A DNA stretch of 37,941 nucleotides from an uncultured Eubacteriales bacterium. Lineage in GTDB: Bacteria > Bacillota > Clostridia > Lachnospirales > Lachnospiraceae. A program made the position numbers and the translations under genes. The stretch covers positions 1-37,941 of the forward strand of contig ONST01000181.1 of assembly GCA_900320575.1 (NCBI GenBank), written 5' to 3'. The notes beneath the pieces were generated by a model. That model saw nothing but the letters and a program-made list of their open reading frames with translations. It was not told the origin of the DNA and made no database searches. Shown in pieces: positions 10,526-22,255 of this stretch (the stretch's first letter is position 1; every line of letters begins with the position of its first letter).

Positions 10526-10714
10526 ATGGCAGACAAGAAATTAAAGATCACACTGGTGAAATCTACGATCGGCGCTGTTCCCAAGAACAAGAAGGTCATT
10601 GAATCCATGGGCTTCCACAAGCTGAATTCAAGCGTCATTCTTCCGGACAACGCTGCTACGCGCGGTCAGCTGCAGAAGATCGGCTACCTCGTAAAAGTAG
10701 AAGAAGTCGAGTAA
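10526..10714 (+). CDS. rpmD: 50S ribosomal protein L30
   Basis: LKITLVKSTIG; size and position. Confidence 0.96.
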   Translation: MADKKLKITLVKSTIGAVPKNKKVIESMGFHKLNSSVILPDNAATRGQLQKIGYLVKVEEVE

Positions 10715-10726
10715 AGGAGGGCGGAC

Positions 10727-11164
10727 ATGGATCTTTCGAATTTAAGCCCGGCACCGGGTTCCAAGCACAGTGATTACCGCAGAGGCCGCGGACATGCTTC
10801 CGGCAACGGCAAGACTGCAGGTAAGGGCCACAAGGGCCAGAAGGCACGCTCCGGCGCGCCGAGACCCGGCTTCGAAGGCGGCCAGATGCCTCTTTACAGA
10901 CGTCTTCCGAAGAGAGGCTTCACAGACCGCAATTCCAAGCTGATCACCGCGATCAATGTGGATGCCCTGAACCGCTTTGAGGACGGCACGGAGGTTACTC
11001 CGGAGCTCCTGCTTGAAAGCGGCACGGTCTCCAAGATCGTGGATGGCGTTAAGATCCTCGGAAGAGGAAAGCTTGAGAGAAAGCTGACCGTCAAAGTCAA
11101 CGCCGTGAGCGACGGCGCAAAGCAGAAGATTGAGGAAGCAGGCGGTACAGTCGAGGTGATCTGA
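10727..11164 (+). CDS. rplO: 50S ribosomal protein L15
   Basis: [18 protein letters not shown]. Confidence 0.98.
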   Translation: MDLSNLSPAPGSKHSDYRRGRGHASGNGKTAGKGHKGQKARSGAPRPGFEGGQMPLYRRLPKRGFTDRNSKLITAINVDALNRFEDGTEVTPELLLESGTVSKIVDGVKILGRGKLERKLTVKVNAVSDGAKQKIEEAGGTVEVI

Positions 11165-12483
11165 TGTTTAAAAAGATGATGGACGCTTTACGTATCAAGG
11201 ACATCCGGCACAGACTTTTCTTTGTGCTACTTTGCCTGGTCATCATCCGCGTAGGCTCGCAGATCCCCGTTCCCGGCGTCAATCGCAGCTATTTCGCACA
11301 GTGGTTTGCCAGCCAGACCGGTGACGCGTTCAATTTCTTTGACGCGTTCACCGGAGGCTCGTTCTCCAGCATGTCGATCCTGGCGCTGTCGATTACGCCG
11401 TACATTACGTCGTCGATCATTATCCAGCTGCTGACCATCGCCATTCCGGCCCTGGAAGAGATGCAGCGCGACGGCGAGGACGGACGGAAAAAGCTGACTA
11501 CGATCACCCGTTTTGTCACAGTCGGCCTTGCTCTGTTTGAGTCGATCGCGATGGCGGTCGGATTCGGCAACAACGGTCTGATCCCGGACATGGATTTCGC
11601 GAAGGCGGTGACCGTCGTGGTCTCGCTGACCGCCGGTTCCGCATTCCTGATGTGGATCGGTGAGCAGATCACCGAGTACGGTGTCGGAAACGGCATTTCC
11701 ATCGTACTTCTGATCAACATCCTGTCCAGAGTGCCGCAGGATCTGACCAGCCTCTACGAGCAGTTCATCAAGACCCGCTCGAACGCGGCATGGGGCGTCC
11801 TCGCCGGGCTCGTGATCCTCGCGATCATCCTTCTGATGATCGTTATGGTCATTATCCTGGACGGCGCACAGCGGCATATTCCGGTCCAGTACGCCAAGAA
11901 GATGGCGGGCAGAAGAATGATGGGCGGCCAGTCCTCCCACATTCCGCTGAAGATCAACACCGCGGGCGTGATCCCGGTGATCTTCGCGTCCTCCATCATG
12001 TCCTTCCCGGGCATCATTGCCAGCTTCGTCGGCAAGAGCAATCCGGGCGGCGTCTGGGGAACGATCCTCGGAACCTTAAGTTCCAACAACTGGTTCAGTC
12101 TGAAGCGTCCGGTCTACAACATCGGCCTTCTGATCTATATCGTTCTGGTGATCTTCTTCGCCTACTTCTACACCTCCATCACCTTCAATCCTCTTGAGGT
12201 GGCGGACAACCTGAAGAAGGCGGGCGGCATGATTCCGGGCATCCGTCCCGGCAAGCCGACTTCGGAATACCTGAACCGGATCCTGAACTACATCATTTTC
12301 ATCGGCGCCTGCGGACTGGTGATCATCGCGATCATCCCGTTCTTCTTCAACGGAGTCTTCGGTGCCAGCGTTTCCTTTGGAGGTACTTCCATTATCATTA
12401 TCGTCGGCGTCATTCTTGAGACGATCAAGAAGATCGAATCCATGATGATGGTGCGGAACTACAAGGGATTCCTTAGCGAATAA
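11164..12483 (+). CDS. secY: Preprotein translocase subunit SecY
   Basis: ITPYITSSIIIQLL, GVGNGIS, AGVIPVIFA, IPGIRPG; multi-TM. Confidence 0.98.
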   Translation: MFKKMMDALRIKDIRHRLFFVLLCLVIIRVGSQIPVPGVNRSYFAQWFASQTGDAFNFFDAFTGGSFSSMSILALSITPYITSSIIIQLLTIAIPALEEMQRDGEDGRKKLTTITRFVTVGLALFESIAMAVGFGNNGLIPDMDFAKAVTVVVSLTAGSAFLMWIGEQITEYGVGNGISIVLLINILSRVPQDLTSLYEQFIKTRSNAAWGVLAGLVILAIILLMIVMVIILDGAQRHIPVQYAKKMAGRRMMGGQSSHIPLKINTAGVIPVIFASSIMSFPGIIASFVGKSNPGGVWGTILGTLSSNNWFSLKRPVYNIGLLIYIVLVIFFAYFYTSITFNPLEVADNLKKAGGMIPGIRPGKPTSEYLNRILNYIIFIGACGLVIIAIIPFFFNGVFGASVSFGGTSIIIIVGVILETIKKIESMMMVRNYKGFLSE

Positions 12484-12612
12484 GTGCGTTATGCGGGGGG
12501 TGCTTGCGGGCGTTTTGACGTCCGGGAGGATCCCCCACAGGTGATTTATCAACAATATCCACCCGGCAGGACCGCTGAAGAACGGCGGAGCCGGAGAATA
12601 ACGGAGGTGACT

Positions 12613-13257
12613 ATGAGAGTTATCATGCTCGGCGCTCCCGGCGCAGGCAAAGGAACACAGGCTGTCCGCGTTGCAGAAAAGTATGCGATTCCGCACATCT
12701 CCACCGGAGACATTTTCCGTGCGAACATCAAGGGCGGAACAGAGCTCGGGAAAAAGGCCAAGAGCTACATGGACGCCGGCAAGCTCGTTCCGGACGAGCT
12801 GGTCTGCGATCTGGTCGCGGACCGCATCGCGAAGGAGGACTGCGCGAACGGCTATGTGCTGGACGGCTTCCCCCGGACCATTCCCCAGGCGGAAGCGCTG
12901 GAAGCGGTCACGAAGAAGCTCGGGGCTGAGGTGGATTACGCGGTGAATATCGACGTTCCGGACGAGGCCATCGTCTCCCGTATGGGTGGCAGAAGAGCCT
13001 GCGTCGGCTGCGGCGCGACCTATCACGTGGTCTTCAACCCGCCGAAGAAGGAGGGCATCTGCGATACCTGCGGACAGACCCTGATCCTTCGCGACGACGA
13101 CAAGCCGGAGACGGTGCAGACCCGTCTTAATGTCTACCATGACCAGACGCAGCCGCTGATCGACTTCTACGCGGAGCGCGGGAAGCTGGCGACGGTGGAC
13201 GGCACCCGGACGATGGACGAAGTATTCGCCGAAATCCTGGAGAAACTCGGAGAATAA
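12613..13257 (+). CDS. adk: Adenylate kinase (Zn-LID type)
   Basis: [17 protein letters not shown], CxxC...CxxC LID; ATG 12613 after GGAGGTG. Confidence 0.97.
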   Translation: MRVIMLGAPGAGKGTQAVRVAEKYAIPHISTGDIFRANIKGGTELGKKAKSYMDAGKLVPDELVCDLVADRIAKEDCANGYVLDGFPRTIPQAEALEAVTKKLGAEVDYAVNIDVPDEAIVSRMGGRRACVGCGATYHVVFNPPKKEGICDTCGQTLILRDDDKPETVQTRLNVYHDQTQPLIDFYAERGKLATVDGTRTMDEVFAEILEKLGE

Positions 13258-13262
13258 TCTAT

Positions 13263-14027
13263 ATGGCAGTCACAATCAAGACCGAACAGGAAATCGAGCT
13301 GATGCGGATCGCGGGCCACAAGCTGGAGATCGTGCACAATGAGATGCGCGATTTCATCAGGCCCGGAGTCTCCACCGCCCAGGTCAACGAGGTAGGGGAA
13401 AAGGCGATCCGGAAGCTCGGCGGCATGCCGAATTTTCTGAATTACAACGGCTTTCCGGCGGCGATCTGCGTGTCCGTCAACGAGGAGGTCGTGCACGGGA
13501 TCCCCTCCCGGAACCGGATCCTTCACGAAGGCGATATCGTCTCCCTCGACGCGGGACTGATCTGGAAGGGCTATCATTCCGACGCAGCCCGCACCTGGGG
13601 AGTCGGCGAGATCTCCCCGGAAGCGAAAAAACTGATCGAGGTGACGCGGCAGTCCTTTTACGAAGGGATCAAGTTCGCTCTGGCAGGGCATCACCTCCAT
13701 GAGATCTCACGGACCATCGGCGCGTACGCGGAGAGCTTCGGCTACGGCGTCGTCGAGGATCTGGTGGGACACGGGATCGGCACCCATCTCCATGAGGAGC
13801 CGCAGATCCCGAATTTCCGCGTGAAGGGCAGGGGCCTGCTGATGGAGCCGGGCATGACCTTCGCGATCGAGCCCATGATCAACATGGGCACGAAGCATGT
13901 GGACTGGTCCTCTGACGGGTGGACGGTCACGACCTCGGACAAAAAGATGTCCGCACATTACGAGAATACCATTTTGATTACCGAGGGAGAGCCGGAGCTG
14001 CTCACCTGCACGAAGGAGGATTATTAA
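13263..14027 (+). CDS. map: Type I methionyl aminopeptidase
   Basis: SVNEEVVHGIP, GHGIG, EPMIN, AHYENT. Confidence 0.97.
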   Translation: MAVTIKTEQEIELMRIAGHKLEIVHNEMRDFIRPGVSTAQVNEVGEKAIRKLGGMPNFLNYNGFPAAICVSVNEEVVHGIPSRNRILHEGDIVSLDAGLIWKGYHSDAARTWGVGEISPEAKKLIEVTRQSFYEGIKFALAGHHLHEISRTIGAYAESFGYGVVEDLVGHGIGTHLHEEPQIPNFRVKGRGLLMEPGMTFAIEPMINMGTKHVDWSSDGWTVTTSDKKMSAHYENTILITEGEPELLTCTKEDY

Positions 14028-14246
14028 ATGTCGAGAGCGGATGCGATTGAAGTAGAGGGAAGAGTCCTGGAGAAGCTTCCGAATGCGATGTTCCGGGTGG
14101 AGCTCGAGAACAAGCATGTGGTGCTTGCTCATATCAGCGGCAAGCTGAGAATGAATTTTATCCGCATCCTTCCCGGCGATAAGGTGACCATCGAGCTCTC
14201 TCCCTACGATCTCAGCAAGGGCAGGATCGTCTGGAGAGATAAATAA
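14028..14246 (+). CDS. infA: Translation initiation factor IF-1
   Basis: [22 protein letters not shown]. Confidence 0.98.
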   Translation: MSRADAIEVEGRVLEKLPNAMFRVELENKHVVLAHISGKLRMNFIRILPGDKVTIELSPYDLSKGRIVWRDK

Positions 14247-14257
14247 GAAAAAATGCG

Positions 14258-14289
14258 GCGAAAAACCGGGAATTTTCCTGGTTTTTCGC
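14258..14289. terminator. Hairpin after infA (probable terminator or processing site)
   Basis: GCGAAAAACCGGGA-ATTT-TCCTGGTTTTTCGC. Confidence 0.5.
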
Positions 14290-14318
14290 TTGCGTTTTCA
14301 AATGCGCTGTGCTATGAT
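14290..14318 (+). promoter_or_regulatory. Internal promoter for rpmJ and the alpha operon
   Basis: TTGCGT-17 nt-TATGAT with extended -10 TG. Confidence 0.6.
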
Positions 14319-14372
14319 ATTGAAGTTGCTTTGGAGTAGTGCGCATTTTTTTACACCGAAAGGAGGTTTATC

Positions 14373-14486
14373 ATGAAGGTGAGATCTTCCGTAAAGCCTA
14401 TGTGCGAAAAGTGCAAGGTCATCAAGAGAAAGGGTTCGATCAGAATTATCTGCGAGAATCCGAAGCACAAGCAGAGACAGGGCTGA
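14373..14486 (+). CDS. rpmJ: 50S ribosomal protein L36 (zinc-binding form); absent from the ORF track
   Basis: Manual translation [48 protein letters not shown]. Confidence 0.97.
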   Translation: MKVRSSVKPMCEKCKVIKRKGSIRIICENPKHKQRQG

Positions 14487-14813
14487 TTCGTCAGACCGTC
14501 CAAAGCCGGATCGCAAACGATCCGAACAAACAGGGGAGCATCCCCGGAAACGTTCTATTTTATTAAGTAAGCAGCAGTCTGGAGCGCGGCTGCACAGGCT
14601 GTTCAACTATATATCAGCTGATCGGTTATTGTGTGATTGGCGGCAGTATTTACTGTTTCGCGATATGTAGTGCTTAATACCGGCGCGTCATTTCGCCGGA
14701 AAGGCCCGCATCACATGGCATAAGTGAACGTGGATGCCGCGGGCTGGGTTCCAATATCCCTGGAGCCCCAGTTGAGTAACTCGTAACTGCATTATCAACA
14801 AGGAGGAAACACA

Positions 14814-15182
14814 ATGGCTCGTTTAGCTGGCGTGGATTTACCAAGAGACAAGCGCGTAGAGATCGGACTTACCTACATCTACGGCATCGGACGCACGACG
14901 TCCAACCGCATTCTGAAGGACGCGAACGTTGACCCCAGCACCCGTGTCCGCGACCTGACTGACGAAGAAGTCACCCGTATCAAGGACGTCATGGACAGCA
15001 CCTGCACGGTGGAAGGTGACCTTCGCCGTGAGATCGCGATGAACATCAAGCGCCTGCAGGAGATCGGCTGCTACAGAGGCATCCGTCACAGAAAAGGCCT
15101 TCCGGTCCGCGGTCAGAACACCAAGAACAATGCGAGAACCCGCAAGGGCCCGAGACGCACGGTCGCGAACAAGAAGAAGTAA
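14814..15182 (+). CDS. rpsM: 30S ribosomal protein S13
   Basis: [28 protein letters not shown]. Confidence 0.98.
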   Translation: MARLAGVDLPRDKRVEIGLTYIYGIGRTTSNRILKDANVDPSTRVRDLTDEEVTRIKDVMDSTCTVEGDLRREIAMNIKRLQEIGCYRGIRHRKGLPVRGQNTKNNARTRKGPRRTVANKKK

Positions 15183-15231
15183 TCCCGTTTAGGAAACCGG
15201 TTCATAAGGAAAGGAAAGTAGGTTAGTTTTT

Positions 15232-15633
15232 ATGGCTAATGCAAGAGGAAATAAAAAGACGGCAGGAAAGCGCCGCGTCAAGAAAAACGTTGAACATGGA
15301 CAGGCTCACATTCAGTCATCCTTCAATAACACGATCGTGACTCTGACCGATGCGCAGGGCAATGCACTCTCCTGGGCATCCGCAGGCGGCCTGGGATTCC
15401 GCGGTTCAAGGAAATCTACTCCTTATGCAGCACAGATGGCGGCAGAGACAGCTACGAAGGCAGCTCTCATTCACGGTCTGAAGACGGTCGACGTCTTCGT
15501 CAAGGGACCGGGTTCGGGAAGAGAAGCTGCGATCCGCGCGCTGAATGCGGCAGGTCTTCAGGTGCTCAGCATTAAGGACTGCACACCGGTACCGCATAAC
15601 GGATGCCGCCCGCCGAAGCGGAGACGTGTATAA
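15232..15633 (+). CDS. rpsK: 30S ribosomal protein S11
   Basis: [28 protein letters not shown]. Confidence 0.98.
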   Translation: MANARGNKKTAGKRRVKKNVEHGQAHIQSSFNNTIVTLTDAQGNALSWASAGGLGFRGSRKSTPYAAQMAAETATKAALIHGLKTVDVFVKGPGSGREAAIRALNAAGLQVLSIKDCTPVPHNGCRPPKRRRV

Positions 15634-15684
15634 TCGCAGCTGGTTACGTTGATCACTTTAAAGCGAATTGGAGGTCATTGACAC

Positions 15685-16287
15685 ATGGCAGTAAATAGAG
15701 TACCGGTCCTGAAGAGATGCAGATCTCTGGGTATTGAGCCTGCATACCTCGGTATCGATAAGAAATCCACAAGAGAACTCAAGAGAGCGAACCGCAAGGT
15801 TTCCGAATACGGCCAGCAGCTTCGCGAGAAGCAGAAGGCAAAGTTCATCTACGGCGTGCTGGAGAAGCCGTTCCGCAACTACTACAAGAAGGCGGACCGC
15901 ATGAAGGGCATGACCGGTGAGAACCTGATGCGCATGCTGGAGCTGAGACTGGACAATGTCATTTTCCGTCTGGGCTTCGCGCGGACCAGAAGAGAAGCGC
16001 GCCAGATCGTCGACCACAAGCACGTACTTGTGAACGGCAAGCTGGTCAACATCCCGTCCTACCAGGTGAAGGCGGGCGACAGCATCGAGATCAAGGAGAA
16101 CAAGAAGTCCTCTCCGAGATACCGCGCCGAGAACGGCATCCTGGCAGCGACTGCCGGACGTGCGGTTCCGGAATGGCTCGAGGCTGACGCCGAGAACCTG
16201 AAGGGCATGATCAAGGAAGTCCCGAACAGAGAGATGATCGATGTTCCGGTCAACGAGATGCTCATCGTCGAGCTGTATTCCAAGTAA
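15685..16287 (+). CDS. rpsD: 30S ribosomal protein S4
   Basis: SEYGQQLREKQK, LELRLDNVIFRLGF, VELYSK. Confidence 0.98.
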   Translation: MAVNRVPVLKRCRSLGIEPAYLGIDKKSTRELKRANRKVSEYGQQLREKQKAKFIYGVLEKPFRNYYKKADRMKGMTGENLMRMLELRLDNVIFRLGFARTRREARQIVDHKHVLVNGKLVNIPSYQVKAGDSIEIKENKKSSPRYRAENGILAATAGRAVPEWLEADAENLKGMIKEVPNREMIDVPVNEMLIVELYSK

Positions 16288-16347
16288 TCCCTGCTAAGAC
16301 CTTGAAACCCTCGTGACCGATCGTTAATCCTTAAGGAGGGATATAGA

Positions 16348-17307
16348 TTGTTTGATTTTAACAAGCCGAAGATTACAATCGCAGAACTGTCTGATGATAA
16401 GAAGTTCGGCCGGTTTGTGGTAGAACCGCTTGAGAGAGGCTACGGCACCACCCTCGGGAATTCACTGAGACGCATTATGCTCTCCTCGCTTCCCGGCGCG
16501 GCGGTCAGCCAGGTCAAGATCGAGGGCGTCCTTCATGAATTCAGCCCGATCCCGGGCGTCAAGGAGGACGTGACAGAGATCATCATGAACCTGAAGTCTC
16601 TGGCGATCCGAAACAACTCGGAGACTGACGAGCCGAAGACCGCGTACATCGAGTACGAAGGCGAGGGCGTCGTCCGGGCGTCGGATATTCAGGTGGATTC
16701 GGATATCGAGATCATGAATCCGGAGCAGGTCATCGCCACGCTGAACGGCGGTCCCGACTGCCGTCTCTACATGGAGATCACCATCACCAAGGGACGCGGC
16801 TACATCAGCGCGGACCGCGGCAAGGCCGAGGATCAGCCGATCGGCGTGATCGCTGTCGACGCGATCTATACGCCTGTCGAGCGCGTGAACATGCATCTTG
16901 AAAATACCCGTGTCGGCCAGCAGACGGATTTCGATAAGCTGACGCTGGATGTCTGGACCAGAGGAACTCTGAATCCGGAAGAGGCCGTGAGCCTTGCAGC
17001 GAAGGTCTTAAGCGAGCATCTGAAGCTCTTCATTGATCTCACGGAGACCGCGAAGACGGCCGAGGTCATGATCGAAAAAGAGGACAATGATAAGGAAAAG
17101 GTCCTGGAAATGAACATCGACGAGCTCGAGCTTTCCGTCCGTTCCTACAACTGCCTCAAGAGAGCGGGAATCAACACGGTCGAGGAACTCTGCGACAAGA
17201 CTTCTGAAGATATGATGAAGGTCCGGAATCTTGGACGCAAGTCGCTCGAAGAAGTGCTCGCGAAACTGAAAGAGCTCGGTCTCAGCCTGAAGCCGAGCGA
17301 GGAATAA
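16348..17307 (+). CDS. rpoA: DNA-directed RNA polymerase subunit alpha
   Basis: [35 protein letters not shown] start. Confidence 0.98.
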   Translation: MFDFNKPKITIAELSDDKKFGRFVVEPLERGYGTTLGNSLRRIMLSSLPGAAVSQVKIEGVLHEFSPIPGVKEDVTEIIMNLKSLAIRNNSETDEPKTAYIEYEGEGVVRASDIQVDSDIEIMNPEQVIATLNGGPDCRLYMEITITKGRGYISADRGKAEDQPIGVIAVDAIYTPVERVNMHLENTRVGQQTDFDKLTLDVWTRGTLNPEEAVSLAAKVLSEHLKLFIDLTETAKTAEVMIEKEDNDKEKVLEMNIDELELSVRSYNCLKRAGINTVEELCDKTSEDMMKVRNLGRKSLEEVLAKLKELGLSLKPSEE

Positions 17308-17392
17308 CTGTACATTATACACGCGGATTGACAGCGCAGCGTCAGTAAGCCTGAAAAGCGTGGCGCCGCGTCCCGCAAATGGAGGATAAATC

Positions 17393-17929
17393 ATGTCAGG
17401 ATACAGAAAACTCAGCAGAACCAGCAGCCAGAGAAAAGCGTTACTGAGAAGCCAGGTCACTTCCTTCCTCTATCACGGCAAGATCGTGACCACCGAGGCC
17501 AAGGCGAAGGAAGTCGCGAAGATCGCCGAGGGCCTGATCGCCCTCGCTGTAAAAGAGAAGGACAACTTCGAGACCGTGACCGTGACCGCGAAGGTCGCCC
17601 GCAAGGATGCGGACGGCAAGCGCGTCAAGGAAGTCGTTGACGGCAAGAAAGTGACCTTGTACGACGAGGTCGAGAAGGAGATCAAAAAGGATCTTCCGTC
17701 CCGCCTGCATGCCAGACGCCAGATGGCGAAGGTCTTCTATCCGGTGACCGAAGTTCCGGCAGCCGGCAAGGGCCGCAAGAAGAACACCAAAAAGGTCGAT
17801 ATGCCTGCAAAGATGTTCGACGAGATCGCTCCGAAGTATGCGAACCGCAACGGCGGCTACACCCGCATCGTGAAGATCGCGCAGAGACCGGGCGACGGAG
17901 CCATGAAGGTTCTTCTCGAGCTGGTATAA
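17393..17929 (+). CDS. rplQ: 50S ribosomal protein L17 (internally expanded form)
   Basis: RKLSRTSSQRKALLR, IVTTEAKAKE, RNGGYTRIVK; 178 aa. Confidence 0.95.
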   Translation: MSGYRKLSRTSSQRKALLRSQVTSFLYHGKIVTTEAKAKEVAKIAEGLIALAVKEKDNFETVTVTAKVARKDADGKRVKEVVDGKKVTLYDEVEKEIKKDLPSRLHARRQMAKVFYPVTEVPAAGKGRKKNTKKVDMPAKMFDEIAPKYANRNGGYTRIVKIAQRPGDGAMKVLLELV

Positions 17930-17952
17930 GGCTGTATTTGCAAGGAATTTTG

Positions 17953-17990
17953 AAAAACGTTCCGGGGCACAAGCTCCGGGACGTTTTTTT
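17953..17990 (+). terminator. Intrinsic terminator of the ribosomal cluster
   Basis: AAAAACGTTCCGGGGC-ACAA-GCTCCGGGACGTTTTTTT. Confidence 0.85.
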
Positions 17991-17992
17991 GC

Positions 17993-18021
17993 TTGCAATG
18001 CTTTCCGGAAGAACTTATAAT
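17993..18021 (+). promoter_or_regulatory. ftsH promoter
   Basis: TTGCAA-17 nt-TATAAT. Confidence 0.75.
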
Positions 18022-18121
18022 TACTTCGATTGCTGTTCTGCATTGGAAGGAGAAGCGGGCCGTAAAGAACTGCATTTATCGGACTGAGGCAGGTGCAGAA
18101 GGCAAGAAGGAGAAGAAATCT

Positions 18122-20116
<1,995 letters not shown>

Positions 20117-20130
20117 CTAAAAATAAGACA

Positions 20131-20166
20131 GGGAACCCCTTTCCGTTCGCGGAGCGGGGTTCTTTT
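20131..20166 (+). terminator. Intrinsic terminator after ftsH
   Basis: GAACCCCTTTCCG-TTCG-CGGAGCGGGGTTC followed by TTTT. Confidence 0.65.
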
Positions 20167-20226
20167 CACAAAAGGAAAGCGGGACGCTGCATATTTCAGG
20201 CAGCTTTTCCCGTTTCAGGTGCGCGG

Positions 20227-22134
20227 ATGAGTGCGGAGAACGGATTCATTATTGAAGAAGAACTGAAGAAGCTTCCGGGAAAGCCGGGGGTCTATCTCAT
20301 GCACGCCAAAGACGGGGAGATCATCTACGTCGGCAAGGCGGTGAGCCTGAAGAACCGGGTGCGCCAGTATTTCCAGAGCACGCGGAACAAGAGCCCGAAG
20401 ATCGTGCGGATGGTGCAGAATATCGATTATTTTGAGTACATCGTCACGGACTCCGAGCTGGAGGCGCTGGTGCTGGAATCGAACCTGATCAAGGAGCACC
20501 GGCCCAAATACAATACGATGCTCAAGGACGACAAGAGCTACCCGTTCATCTGCGTCACCGCCGGGGAGATGTACCCCCGCATCACCATTTCCCGGAAAAT
20601 GAAGAAGGATTCCTCCCGCTATTTCGGGCCCTTTCCCACGGCGGGAGCCGTGCGGGACACTATCGATCTGCTGCGGAAGCTTTACCGCATCCGCAGCTGC
20701 GACCGGAAGCTGCCGGAGAGCATCGGGAAGGACCGGCCCTGCCTCTACCATCATATCGGCCAGTGCCCGGCGCCCTGCCAGGGCGGGGTGCCGGAGGAGG
20801 AATACCGGAAACAGGTGAAGAAGGTGCTGGAGTTCCTCAGCGGACACTACGAGGAGGAGATCCGGGCTCTTACGGAAAAAATGAATGCGGCGGCCGAAGC
20901 GCTGGAATACGAGCAGGCGGCGGAATACCGGGATCTGATCGAGAGCATCCGTTCCGTCGGGGAACGGCAGAAGATCACCGGGAGCGGCTCGGACGACCGG
21001 GACATCATCGCCCTGGCGGTGGATCAGCCGCAGGAGGAAAATATCCATCTCGGCCGGACCGAGGCGGTGGTCCAGGTCTTCTTCGTGCGCGGCGGCAGGC
21101 TCATCGGACGGGAGCATTTCTTCCTGACCTCGGGCGATTCCTCGGACCGCGGGGAGCTGCTGCGGGGCTTTCTGACGCAGTACTATGCGGGGACGCCGTT
21201 CATTCCCGGTGAGCTGATGCTGGAGACGGAGATCCCGGAGCAGGAGCTGCTGGAGGAGTGGCTGACGGGCCGGCGCGGCGCAAAGGTGCAGATCAGAGTC
21301 CCGCAGCGGGGCATGAAGAACAAGCTGGTGGCCATGGCCCGGGAGAACGCGGAAATGGTCCTGAGCCGCGACCGCGAGCGGCTCGCAAGGGAAGAGCAGC
21401 GGACCTCCGGCGCTGTGCATGAGATCGAACAGGTGCTGGGACTGGCGGACTGCAGCCGGATGGAGGCCTTCGATATTTCCAATATCAGCGGTTACCAGTC
21501 GGTGGGGTCCATGGTGGTCTTTGACCAGGGCCGCCCCAGACGCTCAGATTACCGCAAATTCCGCATCCGCACGGTCGAGGGACCAAATGATTACGCGAGC
21601 ATGGAAGAGGTCTTAAACCGCCGTTTTGCGCGCGCTGAGGCCGGTTACGACGGCTTTGCGGTCCTGCCGAATCTTCTGCTCATGGACGGAGGGAAGGGCC
21701 AGGTCCACGCAGCCGAGCGGGTGCTCGCGGATCTCGGTCTTTCGGTCCCGGTGGCGGGCATGGTCAAGGATGACTTTCACCGCACCCGCGGACTGTATTT
21801 TCATGACCGGGAGATGCCGATCGACCGGAATTCCGAGGGCTTTAAGCTCATTACCCGGATCCAGGACGAGGCGCACCGCTTCGCGATCGAATACCACCGC
21901 CTGCTGCGCAGTAAGGGACAGGTCCACTCGGTGCTGGACGGGATCAGCGGGATCGGCGGAGCCAGGAGAAAGGCACTGCTGGCCCATTTCCGTACCATCG
22001 AGGACCTGCGGGCCGCAACGGAAGAGGAGCTGGCGGAGATCCCGTCCATGAACCGCGCTTCCGCCCGCAGCGTGTGGGAGTTTTTCCATAAAGACGGCGG
22101 AGCGGCAGAGGGAAAAGAGAAGGCCGGCGGTTGA
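20227..22134 (+). CDS. uvrC: Excinuclease ABC subunit C
   Basis: GIY-YIG (PGVYLM...IIYVGKA), Cys cluster, FDISN, DGGKGQ, RIQDEAHRFA, C-terminal HhH. Confidence 0.97.
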   Translation: MSAENGFIIEEELKKLPGKPGVYLMHAKDGEIIYVGKAVSLKNRVRQYFQSTRNKSPKIVRMVQNIDYFEYIVTDSELEALVLESNLIKEHRPKYNTMLKDDKSYPFICVTAGEMYPRITISRKMKKDSSRYFGPFPTAGAVRDTIDLLRKLYRIRSCDRKLPESIGKDRPCLYHHIGQCPAPCQGGVPEEEYRKQVKKVLEFLSGHYEEEIRALTEKMNAAAEALEYEQAAEYRDLIESIRSVGERQKITGSGSDDRDIIALAVDQPQEENIHLGRTEAVVQVFFVRGGRLIGREHFFLTSGDSSDRGELLRGFLTQYYAGTPFIPGELMLETEIPEQELLEEWLTGRRGAKVQIRVPQRGMKNKLVAMARENAEMVLSRDRERLAREEQRTSGAVHEIEQVLGLADCSRMEAFDISNISGYQSVGSMVVFDQGRPRRSDYRKFRIRTVEGPNDYASMEEVLNRRFARAEAGYDGFAVLPNLLLMDGGKGQVHAAERVLADLGLSVPVAGMVKDDFHRTRGLYFHDREMPIDRNSEGFKLITRIQDEAHRFAIEYHRLLRSKGQVHSVLDGISGIGGARRKALLAHFRTIEDLRAATEEELAEIPSMNRASARSVWEFFHKDGGAAEGKEKAGG

Positions 22135-22159
22135 ATGCGCCGTCCGCCTGTGCTACACT
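22131..22159 (+). promoter_or_regulatory. hprK-glucokinase promoter
   Basis: TTGAAT-17 nt-TACACT with extended -10 TG. Confidence 0.55.
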
Positions 22160-22255
22160 GAATAAAAGGGCTGCGGCTGTCTCCGGCAGTCCCAAAAAGC
22201 AGTGAATGCGGGCAGCGGGGCTGCCCGGACCTGTGAAGACAGGAGGAAAAGAGCG

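Noticed and set aside
14339..14566. 75-aa ORF over the rpmJ region
   Set aside because: Wrong frame; the real gene is rpmJ at 14373-14486.
17328..17333. Perfect TTGACA before rplQ
   Set aside because: No -10 element at a 16-18 nt spacing.
20117..20226. LexA box before uvrC
   Set aside because: No GAAC-N4-GTTC; the GAAC and GTTC seen belong to the terminator stem.
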